From Lama guanicoe (taxonomy: Eukaryota), in assembly GCA_013239625.1 (NCBI GenBank), contig MU054187.1:9817231-9881230 (forward strand): a DNA stretch of 64,000 nt, written 5' to 3'. The translations under genes were made by a program, and so were the position numbers. The notes under the pieces were generated by a model. It saw only the letters and a list, made by a program, of their open reading frames with translations. It searched no databases and was not told the DNA's origin. Positions 1 through 14,161 of this stretch are shown in pieces. How positions within the stretch are numbered: the first letter of the stretch is position 1; each line of letters starts with the position of its first letter.

Positions 1-149
1 TTAACAAAGAAAACTAAGGTATAATACTTTCAAGATGATTTGTAAAGGAATATTTTTATATTCATATATATTTTTATTAAAATATTTGTTTAAAGTTCAG
101 TGGACTATCTTACATACACATCTTTACTTCCTGTATTATCACTTACAAC

Positions 150-1700
150 ATTGGACATTTTTATAATAAAACATTTCAAACATACCCCAAACTAAAGAGA
201 ATAATACAATGAACCTCCATATATTGCTCAAATTTAGTAGTTTACAATATTTTGCCACCATCAGTTTTTTCTGAAATGTTTTAAAACACATCTTTAAAAT
301 ATATTCTGTATTTTACCCCTTCATAATTCAATATGTATCAACTATGTATCAACCTCTAAAAATTGTGGACATTTTTATTGTATAACCACAATACAATTAT
401 TACTCCCTAGGAAAAAAATTCCTTGGTATTATCTAATTCAGTCCATATTTAAATTTACTCAGTTGGGGTCTCAGGAATGTCTCATGGTTGATTTGTTCAA
501 ATCAGGATCAAAACAAGGGGTACATATTATAACTCGTTCTTACATCTCACTATGTCTCTTTCAGTCTAGAGCCATTTCCTCCCCCTCCCTTTTTATGCCA
601 TTGAATTTTTACAGAAACTAGTTAATACCTGTAAAATGTCTCATAATCTGGACTTGTCTGATTATGTCTTGTAGTATGTAACTTATTCCCCTAGACCCTC
701 TATTTCTGGAAAATAGAAGTTGGCTCTAAAGACTTGCTTGGATTCAAATTCAGCTAATTTTGATGAGCATACATCATAGTGTCGTGTGCTTCATACTGCA
801 CTATGTTAGGAGAACTATCCTATCTGTGTCTCACCTTAGCAGTGGCACAAATGATCAGTGGCTTTGGATGATATCAGTGTGATGCCTCCAATATACAGTC
901 TCCCATCAGCTTTCACCTAGTGGTTTTTATAGCCATTGGTGATCGTTGCCTTAGATTCTATTATTTCATTAGGAGTTAGAAAATTTGTGATTTTTCTAAT
1001 TTTAGCAAGCTTTCTAAATTTATTAGTTGAAATTATCCTTTAAAAGAGGTTTTCTCTTGTCAACTATTTGATTACCCTGAGATACAATTTGTATAGGAAA
1101 GGCAGAATAAATGTTTGATTCTTTCCATTTATAAATTTTCAGAATGATGAGATGAAATATATCAGCCTCTGATGATAACTAGTAATTTTTTTGGTTTTGT
1201 TTTTCCTTTTTTTTTAATTTTGAGGAACTATATGAATTTTTAAACGTATTTAATATGTTTTGATCAATCTTTGTCATTCTTTCTGATGCTTGTATTATCT
1301 ACCTTTGGTCATTGGAAACTCCTTAAAGTTTGTTCCTAATGTCCTTTGGACACATGTCAGTTTTTAAAACCCCCCTCTAGTTTCTGTCACAAGGAGACTC
1401 ACCGGTTCATCTAATGTATTTTTTGCCTCAGACCTGGAACCAGCCATTTCCTCTAAGGAGCCCTGGCTCCTCTTAGTGAGAAATTACATTCAGAGATCAT
1501 AATCTGGGCACTAGAAGTGTTCATTGCTATTGGGTTGTTATTGTTTTATCAGTCTGTTCAGTGGATATAGCCAAGGAATGTGTATTTTTTTTAAAGAAAA
1601 TAATGTTTATAATGATATTTTCAATTAAAATACAAGATTATAAGGATCTTGCATCTTTAATTTTATATTTGAATCTCTTTTTCTTAATGCTTAAAAATTT
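150..1700 (-). mobile_element. Old L1 (L1ME/MC-like) fragments
   Basis: Degenerate L1 3' motifs such as acatttcaaacata...aatacaatgaac and gatttgttcaaatcaggatc; boundaries approximate. Confidence 0.5.
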
Positions 1701-1816
1701 GGTTCCTAATACTACTAACAAATCATTTAGTTGATTTATTATATTCTTAGTATATTATAATGCAAGTACAGTTGGATCTACAATTTTTGTTAATACCATT
1801 TTTGTGTTCCTATTAG

Positions 1817-2012
1817 ATTAATATAGTGCTGAAGTTAACACACTTACCTCCTCTGCCAAGTTATAGTCTTGATCTTTGTCACTTTCCACTTGATTATACA
1901 TCTCAAAGATTTTATATGATGCAAGGAATTGTGATTGCAATGACAACTGTAACCAAGTATACACAAGGTGCAAGATTTCTTTGTTCAGATGAAGCATGCC
2001 CTCTTTCAAAAG
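1817..2012 (+). CDS. MCMDC2: MCMDC2 internal coding exon (INIVLKLTHLPPLPSY...CPLSK); earlier exons lie upstream of the window
   Basis: tattag acceptor and G|gtgaat donor; 196 bp, phase 0->1; translation matches recalled mammalian MCMDC2. Confidence 0.93.
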
Positions 2013-2648
2013 GTGAATATTAAAATGTAAAATCAAAACAATTTATTATTTAATCTTAAATTATGCTTACAATTAGTTATGAAACATTCATAGAGTAGAA
2101 AGGAATAAAATTTGGTGTTTCCTGATATTTATAAGTGTACTTGGCATAATCTTGAAATGCATTCTTTCTTCCTCACCTCTCCTCTATAATTTAACAAGTA
2201 CTCTTGTGTTACTGAAGTTACTTGTTCATCTCACACATTTTTTCATGACTGTTCATGCTGTTCCTTCTCTATGTAATGTCCTCTCTCAGCCCTTTGGCCT
2301 AACTTCCATACAGTCATTCTCCAGGACATCTTGCCAATTTATCCCCACCTCTCATTGGACTGGATGCCCCTCCCCTCTTCTCCCTGAACACTTGGGAAAT
2401 GAATACCACATATTAAAATTATCTGCTTCTTATTGCCACCTATTGAAATCGTGAGTTTAAGTATCTGTATCACCAGTGCTTTAGCACAGTGCCTGGCAAG
2501 AAATAGCCTTGTAATAAATGTAAATCGAATTGCTATGAACCCACATGAAAACTACTTTAATTATACTTTGAATAAGATTCATTTTAAAGGATTGAAAATG
2601 GAGAGCTGAATCAAAAAGCAAGTTTAGCTTAACTCTGTTTTCTTTCAG

Positions 2649-2771
2649 GATTTCAGTATATAAGAGTGCATGTGCCTGGTGCTACAGAATCTGCAACAGT
2701 AAGAAATGACTTTTTGTGTAATCTATGTTCATCTTCACTTCAAGAAGACAGAAAATTTAGAGTACTTGGTG
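2649..2771 (+). CDS. MCMDC2: MCMDC2 exon (GFQYIRVHVPGATES...FRVLG)
   Basis: tttcag acceptor, G|gtaaaa donor; 123 bp; frame continues from the previous exon; contains a CNLC zinc-finger half. Confidence 0.93.
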
Positions 2772-2890
2772 GTAAAAATGCATTTACATTTTGTAATTAT
2801 AATTTTTAAAATAGTGCCTGATAGTTTAATGTGGAAATTAAATTGATTATGTATTTTAATAACTAATTCTTTTTTGCTCTTTGTCTTAAG

Positions 2891-2995
2891 ATAAACAGAT
2901 AGTTGAAATAATTACCACAAAGGCACTTCATGCTTTTCAAGGATATTCTAACAGCCAGCCATTTAGGTTTCAATCTCTTACAATCTTCCTCAGAG
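2891..2995 (+). CDS. MCMDC2: MCMDC2 exon (DKQIVEIITTKA...LTIFLR)
   Basis: ttaag acceptor, G|gtgagt donor; 105 bp; in frame. Confidence 0.93.
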
Positions 2996-3714
2996 GTGAG
3001 TAAGTTCTGTTTGACCTAAAATATATAAATTATGTAATTGATTTGTTTATGCTTCTATATTATAAATGGTACTTCTATAGCTTGAGAATCATAGGTCTTC
3101 TTTTTCTTGAGTGTTTTAAAGTGTCATATTTAGCTAATGTATCAATTATTCATTCAGTCATGCAATATTCACTTAAAAAGATATTAGCACCTGATCTATC
3201 TCAAGCACTATGCTAAGTCTCAGGGTCACAGTTATTCACAGTAATTATCTCCTATTATTCTATGTGTGTGTTACATAAATATTAGAGTTATTATTTTAAA
3301 ATATAAACTTCATGGGTGTAGGGACTTGGGTTTTTTACTGCACATGGTAAAAACTCAATAAATATTTGTTAAATGAATGAGCATTGACTTATGATTAACT
3401 GTTGAGAACTTCATGGATAAAGACTTGTGAGTAAACAGATTCTACCATAAAGGAGGAAATGTTATCAGTATCAATCATCCAGGGAAGAGTGAGACTTTGT
3501 TGAGAAGCCAGAGCTGTGAAAATGAGGATAGGGTTCTGCTTCTTTTCTTGAGCTGAAATTGGAGGAATTAAACTGTTTGGAAAGAGAGATCTCGGCTGTC
3601 AACTATGTGTAGGAAACTCAAGAGTTAGGAAAGCAGAGACTCAAACAAGAACTCTTTTCACCATGACCTGACAAGGACGAGGCAGGCATGTAAGCCTATA
3701 TGATAATAGATAAT

Positions 3715-3930
3715 TTTTATATACCAATTACTATTTGCCAGACACTTTTACATGTATTAACTCATTTAGTCACAGCAACTCTTTCAGGTAGGTTCTATTG
3801 TTATCTCCATTTTACAGTGTGGAAACAGATGCACAGAGAAGTTAAATAACTTGTCCAAGGTTACCTAGCTAGTGCATGGTACAGCCATGATTCAAACTCA
3901 GGCATTCCAGTTTCACTAGACTGATTTTAA
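3715..3930 (-). mobile_element. MIR SINE
   Basis: Core ccattttacag.g.ggaaac.ga.gcacagagaagttaaataacttgtccaaggt. Confidence 0.8.
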
Positions 3931-5235
3931 CTACTTAATTCTATTATATACAAACCATACACTACAATATAGAAATAAGTGGCCATCTAATTTATGTTTT
4001 AATAGAAAGCCCTTTCTTCAAATAAACTCTTAATAGAATCCGAATACATTTTTAAAAATTAAATGAGTAAAAGCAGGCCTTTTGGGGTTATCAGAAGAGA
4101 TACTTATACTTTCCAGCCTCCTAGCCTTCCTCTTGACCATTTCTTAACCTCAGAACACAAATACAAAACTCTGAGATTCCAAGGAACAGTTGAAAAGTAA
4201 TTTGTTTCAATTTTCCCCTGGTAATTCATTCTGTATCCTTCAGGGTTTTTTTTTGTTGTCGTTTTGTTTTGTTTTTTTTTGCTTTTGTTTTTAGTTGTTT
4301 GTTTGGTTTGTTGGTTGGTTTTAGATTTTTATTTTCTCAATTCTTGGGCCTGATTCTTCCCTTCCAGGTCCACAGGGTACACCAGTGTGCTCTGTGGAGA
4401 TAAAAAAGAGAGAGTGATAGAAGAAAAAAAATAATACAGATCACTGTTTGATCTTCTTCACAGAGGAAAGTTAATCCTTGCTCCTCCTTGTAAACCTTTT
4501 TTCCCATAGCTTTACAACCACCCAAATTCTAACTGTATAGTGGAGGATCAAGATTTTTAGTGTATGTTTTTTAAAATAAAATTTGAACTTGTGCCAAATC
4601 TTGGGTCAGTCTATAGATGTGAGAGAGGAACCTGGGAAAGTATCCTGTGGGGAGTCTTTAAAGATAGGCAGACTTAGATGGGAATTTCATTAATGCTATT
4701 TACTATTTAGCCTTGTGCAAATCACTTAGTCTTTCAGTTTCTTCATATATAAAGTGGAGATAACAATATCTGTCTTACAGGTTACAATTAGACAATGTGT
4801 TTAAAAGTAACTTACATATATTATAAACAGTGATTATAATACTTTTTAAAATAATTTATTCCCAAATAAAATTATTGCTTATAAGAACATTTTTATTAAC
4901 ATTTCTTGTCATTTAATGGAAAGATGTTTCATTTTAAACAGAATGATCCTATTTTGCCTTTTGACTATATTATTGGAGACTATCTAGTTGCTATGTCACA
5001 TGCTTCTTGAAGTTAATTCATCATTGCCTATAAGTATCAAAGTTATCAGCAATAAAACTGCCTCAATTTACATTATTAATGTCACTCTATATGCATATTA
5101 TATTAATAAAAAAGCAAATACTTAGCAACTAACTCAACTACTGAATTGCTACTAGTTTTAGATCTTTAAACCATATGATCATGTACAAGTTTCATTTAGT
5201 AAATACATACTTTCTTTTGTGTTTAATAATTTTAG

Positions 5236-5361
5236 ATGAATCAGTGAATAAAATGAATATAGGAAATGAGTATAAAATTATTGGCATTCCAACCTGTGTA
5301 AAAACATCACAAACTGCTGTCTGTATAGAGGCAAATAGTATCACTTCTTGTAATCCAAAAG
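5236..5361 (+). CDS. MCMDC2: MCMDC2 exon (DESVNKMNIGNEYKIIG...CNPK)
   Basis: tttag acceptor, G|gtaagg donor; 126 bp; lies within ORF 5175-5390. Confidence 0.93.
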
Positions 5362-7116
5362 GTAAGGAAAGTGCTAGTATCATATATTAACAAATATTTA
5401 AATTTAAATCCATTTGTTCAGGAAGCATTAGCTGCCTATGTGTTCAGAACTAAGCACTAAGCACTAGGGGTACAGTCGTGATCAGGACAAAGTTCCTACG
5501 CCTTAAATCATATGGAGACAGTCAGTAAATCTGTAAACTAATTAATAAGACAGTTTCAGATGATAAATACTACAAAGGAAATAAAGTGGGATAATGTGGA
5601 ACCTCACCCCCAGGAAGGACCCCTTTCTTTTGGCTAAACCTTATTTAGTTTTTTTTTTTTAACCAATGAGAATTACCAATGAGAAAAATGTTTCACGATG
5701 CCAAAAGTTAGAGATTAGTCTAAAGATTTTTCTACCCAACCCTTTTGTTTTCTAGCTAAGGCAATGCTAAGTAACTGTTGTGGTCTGAGAAAAAGAGCCC
5801 AACAAAATAACATCCTTTTCTTCATCTGAGTTTTGACCAAATGAGAAATAAGACAAAAGAGAAAGGCAGTTGGGGCCAAAATACCACCTTTATTACTAAT
5901 AATTTCCTTCACAATTCCAACATAATTAAGCATTAAGTAAACAAAAGTGAAGACCAGACCTTCTCTTTTAACTTGGCACACAAATATCTAAATGTGGGAA
6001 AGGCTAGTTCAATCTTGAATAATAGAGTTAGGTTTTTTTTTTTTTGAATCCCTAGATAACCATCTGCAATAACAGAGACCCAAGATGAATTTAAATGCAA
6101 GTGGATTCTAGATACCTCTGCTTATTTTGAAGAAGAAAGTTTCTTAAAAGAATAAAAATATTGAAATAAGAAAGCACTAATGGACAATGGACATTTTAAA
6201 GATCTTTTAAATATTTTCTGCTATGAAGTGTTGCAAGATTTACTGATCTGGTAGCAGAACATGACTTATCTGTAGGTGGAGAAGTATGCTTTCTCATGCT
6301 GAACTCCAGAATTAGGCAGATTCAACCACCCAAATGTGGCAAGAGCTACACTAAAGTAGGCCTCCCTTGGTCCACGGGGAGGGATAAGTAGAGGAAATTA
6401 TTGCCCTATGATGACAGCCCAAGAGGAAGGAGAAGAGGACTGGATTATATATGCACAGCTATTCCTCCTAAACTGACCAGTTGGATTAAATCGCTCATCC
6501 CTTTCAGGAGTTGGACAGAGTGAGGAAGTGGAGAAGATCTGTACTGTAACAGTACAGTGCAGTACAGTGCTTTTAAAGAATAGAGTATAAATCTTCCCCT
6601 TTAGCAACATTCAGGTATTTCCCATTCTGCTTTTCAGCTCTCATGAAAGGTGATACTGTTTCAAACAGAAATTTAGAAGCAAACACTGCAATATAGGAGC
6701 CCCATGATCTGGCTTTGCTCACATAGGTCTAAAAAAGAAAGAATGAGGTATTTGCTTGCAACCTACAGCCAATCTATGTGGGCACACAGGGTGGCTGCTT
6801 CCTTTTATTACATTCCCTGGGATAGAAATGATAGACCAGAGTAACCTCCATAATTTAATGACGTAAGAATTTGAATGTGACTTCATTAAAATAACTGCAA
6901 TTTGGTAATATTTTAGATAAATGGAATTAGATGTCTATAATATCATGTACTTTAAAAAAATTTTTTTTTAATTTTAATTGAAGTACAATCAGTTATAATG
7001 TGTCAACCTCTGGTGTACACCACAATGTCCCAGTCATGCAAATACATACATATATTTGTTTTCATATTCATTTTCTTGTTTTAAAACTATATATATATGT
7101 TAATATTTACTTTCAG

Positions 7117-7354
7117 TTCCTTCAGGAATTAGTGACAATTTGAGGTGTCTCCTCTCTTTGACTTCCGGCTCATGCTGGAAGTTTACAGCAATTCTTGCAA
7201 ATATCTTTGCATCACAAATTGTTCCTCCTGGGACTTACAGTTTGCTCAAGCTCTGTTTGCTGATGAGTCTAGTACAGACAAGTGACCGCAACAAGGAACT
7301 GGAAGATTGCCTGGATATTTTAATTATAACAAGTGATACTCTACTTGTAGAAAG
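7117..7354 (+). CDS. MCMDC2: MCMDC2 exon (VPSGISDNLRCLL...ITSDTLLVER)
   Basis: tttcag acceptor, AG|gtaaaa donor; 238 bp, phase 1->2. Confidence 0.92.
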
Positions 7355-7569
7355 GTAAAATACATGACATTACGAATTGGTCACAGATTTACATAAATCC
7401 TTTACATGATCATTATTAAAAGACAAATATTTGGAATTTATCTGAACAGTATAAATATTTAAATAAACTTTTATCAGTGAAGTTCAAAACTTTAAAACAT
7501 GAATTGAGAAATGGGATATTTGCTTTCAACATTTTGAGAATCTAACGACTCAAAGTTTTGACCTATTTC

Positions 7570-8115
7570 TATGTATAAGTGAAATCATACAATAATTGAC
7601 TTTGACCTATTTTACTCAGCATAATACCCTCTAGATACATCCATGTTGTTACAGATATCAGGATTTCATTCTTTTTATGGCTGAATAATATTCCATTATA
7701 TATGTAACATATCTTATTTATCTATTCATCTATTGATGGACACTTACATTGTTTCTTGTCTTGGCTGTTATAAATAATGCTGCAGTGAACATAGGGGTGC
7801 ATATATCTTTTCAGCTTAGTGTTTTTGTTTTCTTCAGATTAATGCCCAGAAGTAGAATTGCTGGATCCTATGGTAACTGTATTTCTGATTTTTTCAGGAA
7901 CCTCCATACTGTTTTCTATAGTTAGTGGCTATAACAATTTACATTCCCACCAACAGTGCATGAGGGGTCCCTTTTCTCCACATTCTCACCAACACTTTTT
8001 TTTTGTCTTTTTGATAACTACCATTCTGACAGGTGTGATGTGATATCTCATTGTGGTTTTGATTTGCATTCCCCTCATGGTTAGTGATGGTGCCCATCTT
8101 TTCTTGTGCCTCTTG
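7570..8115 (-). mobile_element. L1 3' fragment
   Basis: ttttatggctgaataatattccatt...ttacattcccaccaacagtg...ctcattgtggttttgatttgcatt. Confidence 0.8.
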
Positions 8116-8923
8116 GCTCCCCAGGTGATTTTAAAGTGAGCTAAGGCTGAGAAACCACTGCTCTATAAACTTGCAAAAGATTCTTTCTAAATCTTACTCC
8201 CCCATTTTATATATCTTCAAATTAACACCTAAATTCCTTGGAATGACACATACACTAGACATTTTATAGCATCTACCTATCCACATTTAAGGGATACTGC
8301 TTCACCCTCTTTTGCACTGCATGTCTATGTCTGCTCATCATAGTAGATTGCACAAGCAAGCTATGATTTGTGTGGCAAGGATTTGAAAGCTAAGCTAAGC
8401 TAAGCATATTCCTTTCTTATAATTTTAATTTGAGAAATGAAGAGACTGAGGTAATTGGCAAAGAGATTAAAAAGCAAAAGGAATGTATCAAGAATTATCG
8501 TGACACATAGGCAGCAGGGTTAGTCATGTTGAACTATTGGCGAGCCTAAATGCAAAAATTTTGAATGTGCAAAAGAAAGCAATTCATAAAAAAGGGAAGT
8601 CCCAGTTCAAATGTCATCTCTCTATAGCTTTATCTGACTTCCTTCTAGGAAGAGATAATACTCTTTTATGAATGTTCTCATGACATTATTTTAGTACTTA
8701 TCACATTGTGTTTTAGTTTTTTGTTTACATCTCTCTAGGCTGTGAACTTTCCAAGTTAAGGACCAAATCTTATGTATGTTTTTATTCCTAGCATCGGTGC
8801 TCAATAAACATTAAATCAAATGAAATTTAATTGTGTAGCTATTATATGTTATGACTTCTGAAAGTCAAATATTAAATAATGTAATAGTAGATAATAGTAA
8901 TGAATAATTTATTTTTTCCCTAG

Positions 8924-9129
8924 GCTTTTGAATTTTAGTATAAACCTTGTACCCCGTGGTGTACGTCATCCAGTCTCTACTGAAATTTTTCCTACTCTAT
9001 CCAGGAATAAGTATGGAACTGGAGCAGTTAGCATTCAAGCTGGCAGTGCTTTGCTAGCTAAAGGTGGTATCTGCTTTATAGGAGACTTGGCTTCACACAA
9101 AAAAGATAAACTTGAACAACTTCAATCAG
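8924..9129 (+). CDS. MCMDC2: MCMDC2 exon (LLNFSINLVPRG...AGSALLAKGGICFIGDL...QLQS)
   Basis: ccctag acceptor, G|gtaaac donor; 206 bp; MCM-box-like AG.L.LA.GG.C.I segment. Confidence 0.93.
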
Positions 9130-9369
9130 GTAAACAATATTTTTTCAAGTTAATTTTCACCTGTTTAACTTATCAGTGTCAAGGAGTTACTTAGTTAAGA
9201 TTGCATTGTACACGTTTTAGGAATTAAGAAATTATATCAAATGACATTTCCCATTTTGCTTTTATAAATAAAAAAAGAGAAATTTAATGTGCAAATGCAC
9301 TGCTTTAACCTTTGCTCTCAGTTGTGCTAAAACATGAATTTGTATTGGACCAGATTTATTTCCTTTTAT

Positions 9370-9885
9370 TGTCTTATTACATTAGCTAGGACTTCCTTCC
9401 AGTATGATGTTGAAAAGCAATGGTGAGAATGAACATCTTGATCTTGTCTTGTTCCTGATCTTAATAGGAAAGTTTCAAGTTTCTCACCATGAAGTGTGAT
9501 GTTATCTGCAGGGTTTTTTTGTAGAAGTTCTTTTTTAAGTTGAAGGAGTTCCTCTGGATTCCTAATCTACTAAGAGTTTTTAAGAATAATGAATGGGTAT
9601 TGAATTTTATCAAATGCTTTTTCTACATCGATTGGTATGATGTGATTTTTCTTCTGTAGTCTGTTGATATTATGGATTACATGAATTGATTTTCAAATGT
9701 TGAACCAGCTTTGCATACCTAGCATAAATCCCACCTGACTATGGTGTATAATTCTTTTTATCCATCGTTGGACTTGATTTGCTAATATTTTGTTGAGGAT
9801 TTTTGCCTCTATGTTCACAAGAGATATTGGTCTATAATTTTCTTGTAATATCTTTTGTCTGATTTTGGTTTCAGGATAATGCTGA
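9370..9885 (-). mobile_element. L1 ORF2 fragment
   Basis: cttgtcttgttcctgatctt...tcaaatgctttttct...gatttgctaatattttgttgagg. Confidence 0.75.
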
Positions 9886-10643
9886 TTGGGCCAGATTTAT
9901 AACTAACCAGGATATAGAGTGGGCAAAGAGAAGTCAGGGCCTTGCATTCTTGGCATAACAGCAAGAATGTGCAGCAATGCTCAGGGCACATAGCATATTG
10001 CTTCTCCCTACAAGAGAATGCAGAAATAGACCCACGCTAACATGCTCAGTTGATTTTTGACCACAGCATCAGAGCAAAAACATGAGAAAGGAAAGTTTTT
10101 TTCAACAAATGATGGTGGAACACCTAGCTATATATGGAAAAAATAATAAACTGGCTCATACCTCACAACTGTACACAATAATTAAAGATGGATTATAAAC
10201 CTAAATGTAAAAACTAAAACTATATAACTAGTAGAAGAAAGCATGAGAAATCTTCATGACCTTAGGGTAGGCAAAGATTTCTTAGACAGAACGCAGAAAG
10301 CAATTAACAGAAAATAATTGATGAAGTGGATCTCATCAAAAGTAAGAAGTTATACACATCAGGGGGCCATTTAAAAAGTGAATAGGGGAGCCAAGAAAAA
10401 GGAAATAATTGCAATACATATATTTGACGTAGGACATATACCTAGAATGTAGAAACAATTCCTACAAGTCAGTAATTTGAAAAACGAAGAACCCAGCAAA
10501 AAATGGGCAAAGTGACAGTGACTTCACAGAGGAAGCTATACAAAATGCCCACTAAGCACATGAAAGGGTGCTTAATATCATTAGTTGGATATCAGGGAAA
10601 TGAATATAAAAACCATAATGAGATACCAACACTCATATACTAA

Positions 10644-12571
10644 CAGGTCCTACTTCATGAGCAGGGAACAAGTATAGCTTCACAAAGGCGCTCCTCCCTG
10701 CAGAAGAGCCTGGCACTAAACTCTACTATCACCATTTTCAAATTTTTAATGATTTTATCTTTAAAGTTGTTTCGTATGGAAGTCCAGTAAGACACTGGAG
10801 TTTGTATGTGAACAGAAGAGATATAGCCATGCATGGGTCCACCACATCTTGCTGCCCTATTTCATATAGCATTTGCAATCACTGTGCGGCTTCTTAACAC
10901 AATTTGTAATCAGTTTGATTCTTGCTGGACTCCCATGCATCATGAGTACACTGTAGTTCAGTGCTCAGGTTCCCTATCAAAATATCTTCAACTGAGTAAG
11001 ATGGGGAGCTGGAAGCCCCAAGGAAGCCAAGCTTCCCATTTGAAACAGATTTGCTTCTAATATAGAAAGAAGGCAGTGGCATTCTAAGAAACACAAATGA
11101 CCAAGGAACTTGATCATGTCTTTTCTTTCTTGGTTACTTCCCTGTATTTGCCAACCACTTACACTGAAAATGATGATATAAGAGGAAAGGGAAAGATAGG
11201 GCAACCCATGGTTCCTTGTCCTTTCAGTTCTTGCTTACTCAGCAGTAGCTTGTTGGTGAAGCGTGTACATATCAAGAAATAAAATTTAAACAGTTTTGTG
11301 CAAAATAAAAACATTTCCACTATTCTAATAAGAACAAAATATCTAAGCATGTACTCAAAACAAAACACTAGTGATTCTGCATATGAGTTAAATGCCCATA
11401 TATTTGTATTTAAGGCTAGAATTGCACAATTTAAATGGTAAAATTCATGCAAATAATGTAAAATTTTAACATTAGACTGGCAATTACTTCTACTACATTT
11501 TACAGTAATAACTTTATTGAAATGTAATTTGAATACCATACAATTCATCCATCTAAAGTTCAGTGGTTTTTAGAATATTCACAGAGTTGTACCATCATCA
11601 CCACTATTCACTTTCAGAATATTTTCATCATCCCAAAAGGAAACCCCATACTCATTAGCATCACCCCTTAAACCCCCTCTCTCCAGAGTTCCTGGAAAGC
11701 TAATCTGCTTTCTCTCTGTATGGATTTGTCTATTCTGGACATTTCATATAAATGGAATCATACCATTTGAGATCTTTTGTGATTGGCTTCTTTCACTTAG
11801 CATAGTGTTTGAGGCTTATCTATGTTGTGGCATGTGTCATTTTATCCTTTTTAAAAATTCTGGTAAAATACACAACATAAAATTTACCATTTCAACCATT
11901 TTTCAGTGTACAAGTCAGTGGCATTAAGTACATTCTCAATGTTATGCAATCATCACCATTGTCCATTTCTAGAACCTTTTCATAATCCCCAATAGAAACT
12001 CTGTATTCATTAAACAGTAACTCCCTGTCCCTCCCATCTCTAGCCCCTAGGAACCTCTATTCGACTTTCTGTCTCTATGAATTTGCCTCTTTGTAGAATC
12101 TCATTTCTTTTTATGGCTGAATAATATTCTGTGTGTGTGTGTGTGTGTTTGTGTGTTTGTGTGTGTATCACTTAAAAAAATCATTCATCTGTTGATGGAC
12201 AGTTGGGTGGTTTCTACGTTTGGCTGTTGAGAATAATGCTGCTATAAACACTGGTGTACAAGTATCTGAGTTCCTGCTTTCTCTTTTGGGTATAGACCTG
12301 TAAGTGTAATTGCTGGATCATATAGTAATTCTATATTTAACTTTATGAGGATCACCAAATTGTTTTCCACAGTGGGCACACCATTTTATATTCCCACCAG
12401 TAATGCACAAGGGTTCTAATCTCTCCACATCATCCCTATTACATTTTATAAGTAAGAAAATATTTTAAAGGGAAAAGCTTTATATTAAAAAACAGCATTT
12501 ATCCCTGCTTTTTGAATGAGGCTCGTATTTTCATTTTACATTGGGCCCCTTAAATTTTGTAGCTGGTGTTG
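10644..12571 (+). mobile_element. MER45-family hAT-Tip100 DNA transposon interrupted by L1 pieces (about 11500-12440); sits inside an L1 (about 10020-10640 and 12572-12790)
   Basis: Ends cagg.cc..cttcatg and tttcattttacattgggcccc.taaatt.tgtagctgg; internal ggaaagggaaagatagggcaaccca matches the recalled MER45 consensus. Confidence 0.7.
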
Positions 12572-13464
12572 GCCACTAGAATGACAAAAATTAAAAAGAA
12601 TAACAACAACAGATGTTACCAAGGATGTAGAGAAACTGGAATTCTGATATATTGTTGATGAAAGTATAGAATAGTACAACCATTTTGCAAACTGCTTTGA
12701 CAGTTTCTATAGAGTTAAATACCTATCTACCTTATGATCCAAAAGAAAAATAAACATGTATACAGAAACTCTTATCATGAATGGAAGTAAGACTAATTTG
12801 GGAAATATTTGGGAGTTAGTATTATCCTAGGAATAAAATTGAATCCATAGATTGAATGGTTATAAAGGATGAGGGAAGGCTAGAAAGGAGAATGGGATGT
12901 TTCCACATTTTTTTGGTTTGGGTTTTAAGTGGTTTGGTGGGGTGATTCTCCTAATTGTGAGTAATGCACAAGACCCATTTGAGGAGGAAAAATGATGAAT
13001 TTGGTTTTTCACATGTTGATTTTGAGATATATTTTCCCCTAGCCATTGTAGTTCATATTCTCTCTCAATCTTTTCCTCTTTCACTCCTACTTAGAAGTCC
13101 CACTTTCTATTATGTTTTTTCCACATAAAAGAACATTATTTAATTTCAGCCTCTCTTGTAAGCCTACACTATGTGACTAATTTCCTTACCCTCTGCCTTT
13201 TCCTCCCAGACCACGATTCTAGCTATGTGCTTTGGACCGATGGTTCTAATCATCAGGGGACACATAGACATTCAAATATATTTCTTGCCTTATTCTTTTT
13301 ATGACAGATCTTCTAATTTAGCCTTATCTTGCAAAACAATTAAATTTACATGTGTCTTTACTATCCAAAATTTAGACAGTAAATTCTATATAATATTTGT
13401 TAACTTATAGATATATAGACCAAAATGAACTTAAATAACAAATGAATAATGTCTTTTGGCTTAG

Positions 13465-13631
13465 CTGTGGAAAGTAGAAGCACCACAGTATACATCTCAG
13501 GAAAAAAGTTTGGGGATGATATGGATCAACAAATGACTTTTCCAGTTCAGTGCAGCTTTTGGTCTTTTGTTGATATGGATTCATCTTCAAGGAGAAATAC
13601 ACAGAAAACCAATACTCTAATTGGTCAGATG
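13465..13631 (+). CDS. MCMDC2: MCMDC2 exon (AVESRSTTVYISGKKFG...LIGQM)
   Basis: cttag acceptor, ATG|gtaaag donor; 167 bp, phase 1->0. Confidence 0.92.
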
Positions 13632-14161
13632 GTAAAGTATATGTATATTCTGTTGTTAGGATATTGGTCATGGAATTTAGCCACAGATTTTAATCTTACT
13701 GTTTTTATTGCTCTTAATGTCTTATTATTTCTGTGCTTAATTTCTACACTTATTTGGATACTAGAACTAAATAATGACACAGTTGTTTGAAAATTTTCAT
13801 TACTTAGTCATGCAAAGCAGGTGTCTGCTCACTAGAAATTATTATTTGAGTAGGTAGTGGGAGAGGCTTTAATGAATAATGTGTTAGGAAAATACTCAAT
13901 AAATGGCATTTAAAAAAAAAACCTGGTTACCACAAAGTTCCCATGCTATTCTGGAATCATGTTAAATAATAATTAGTAATTAATAATAACAAATAATAAT
14001 TATTAAAATTAGGCCCATAATTTAATGTGATTACATATTATAATAATATAAATCTATTAATAGTTTAACTAATAATTATAAGTAATACTTGTGAAATAAT
14101 ACTCAGTTTCTGAAAATGTCAGTGTTTAATATTTTCCTTTTACTTTTTTCGTTTGATGTAG

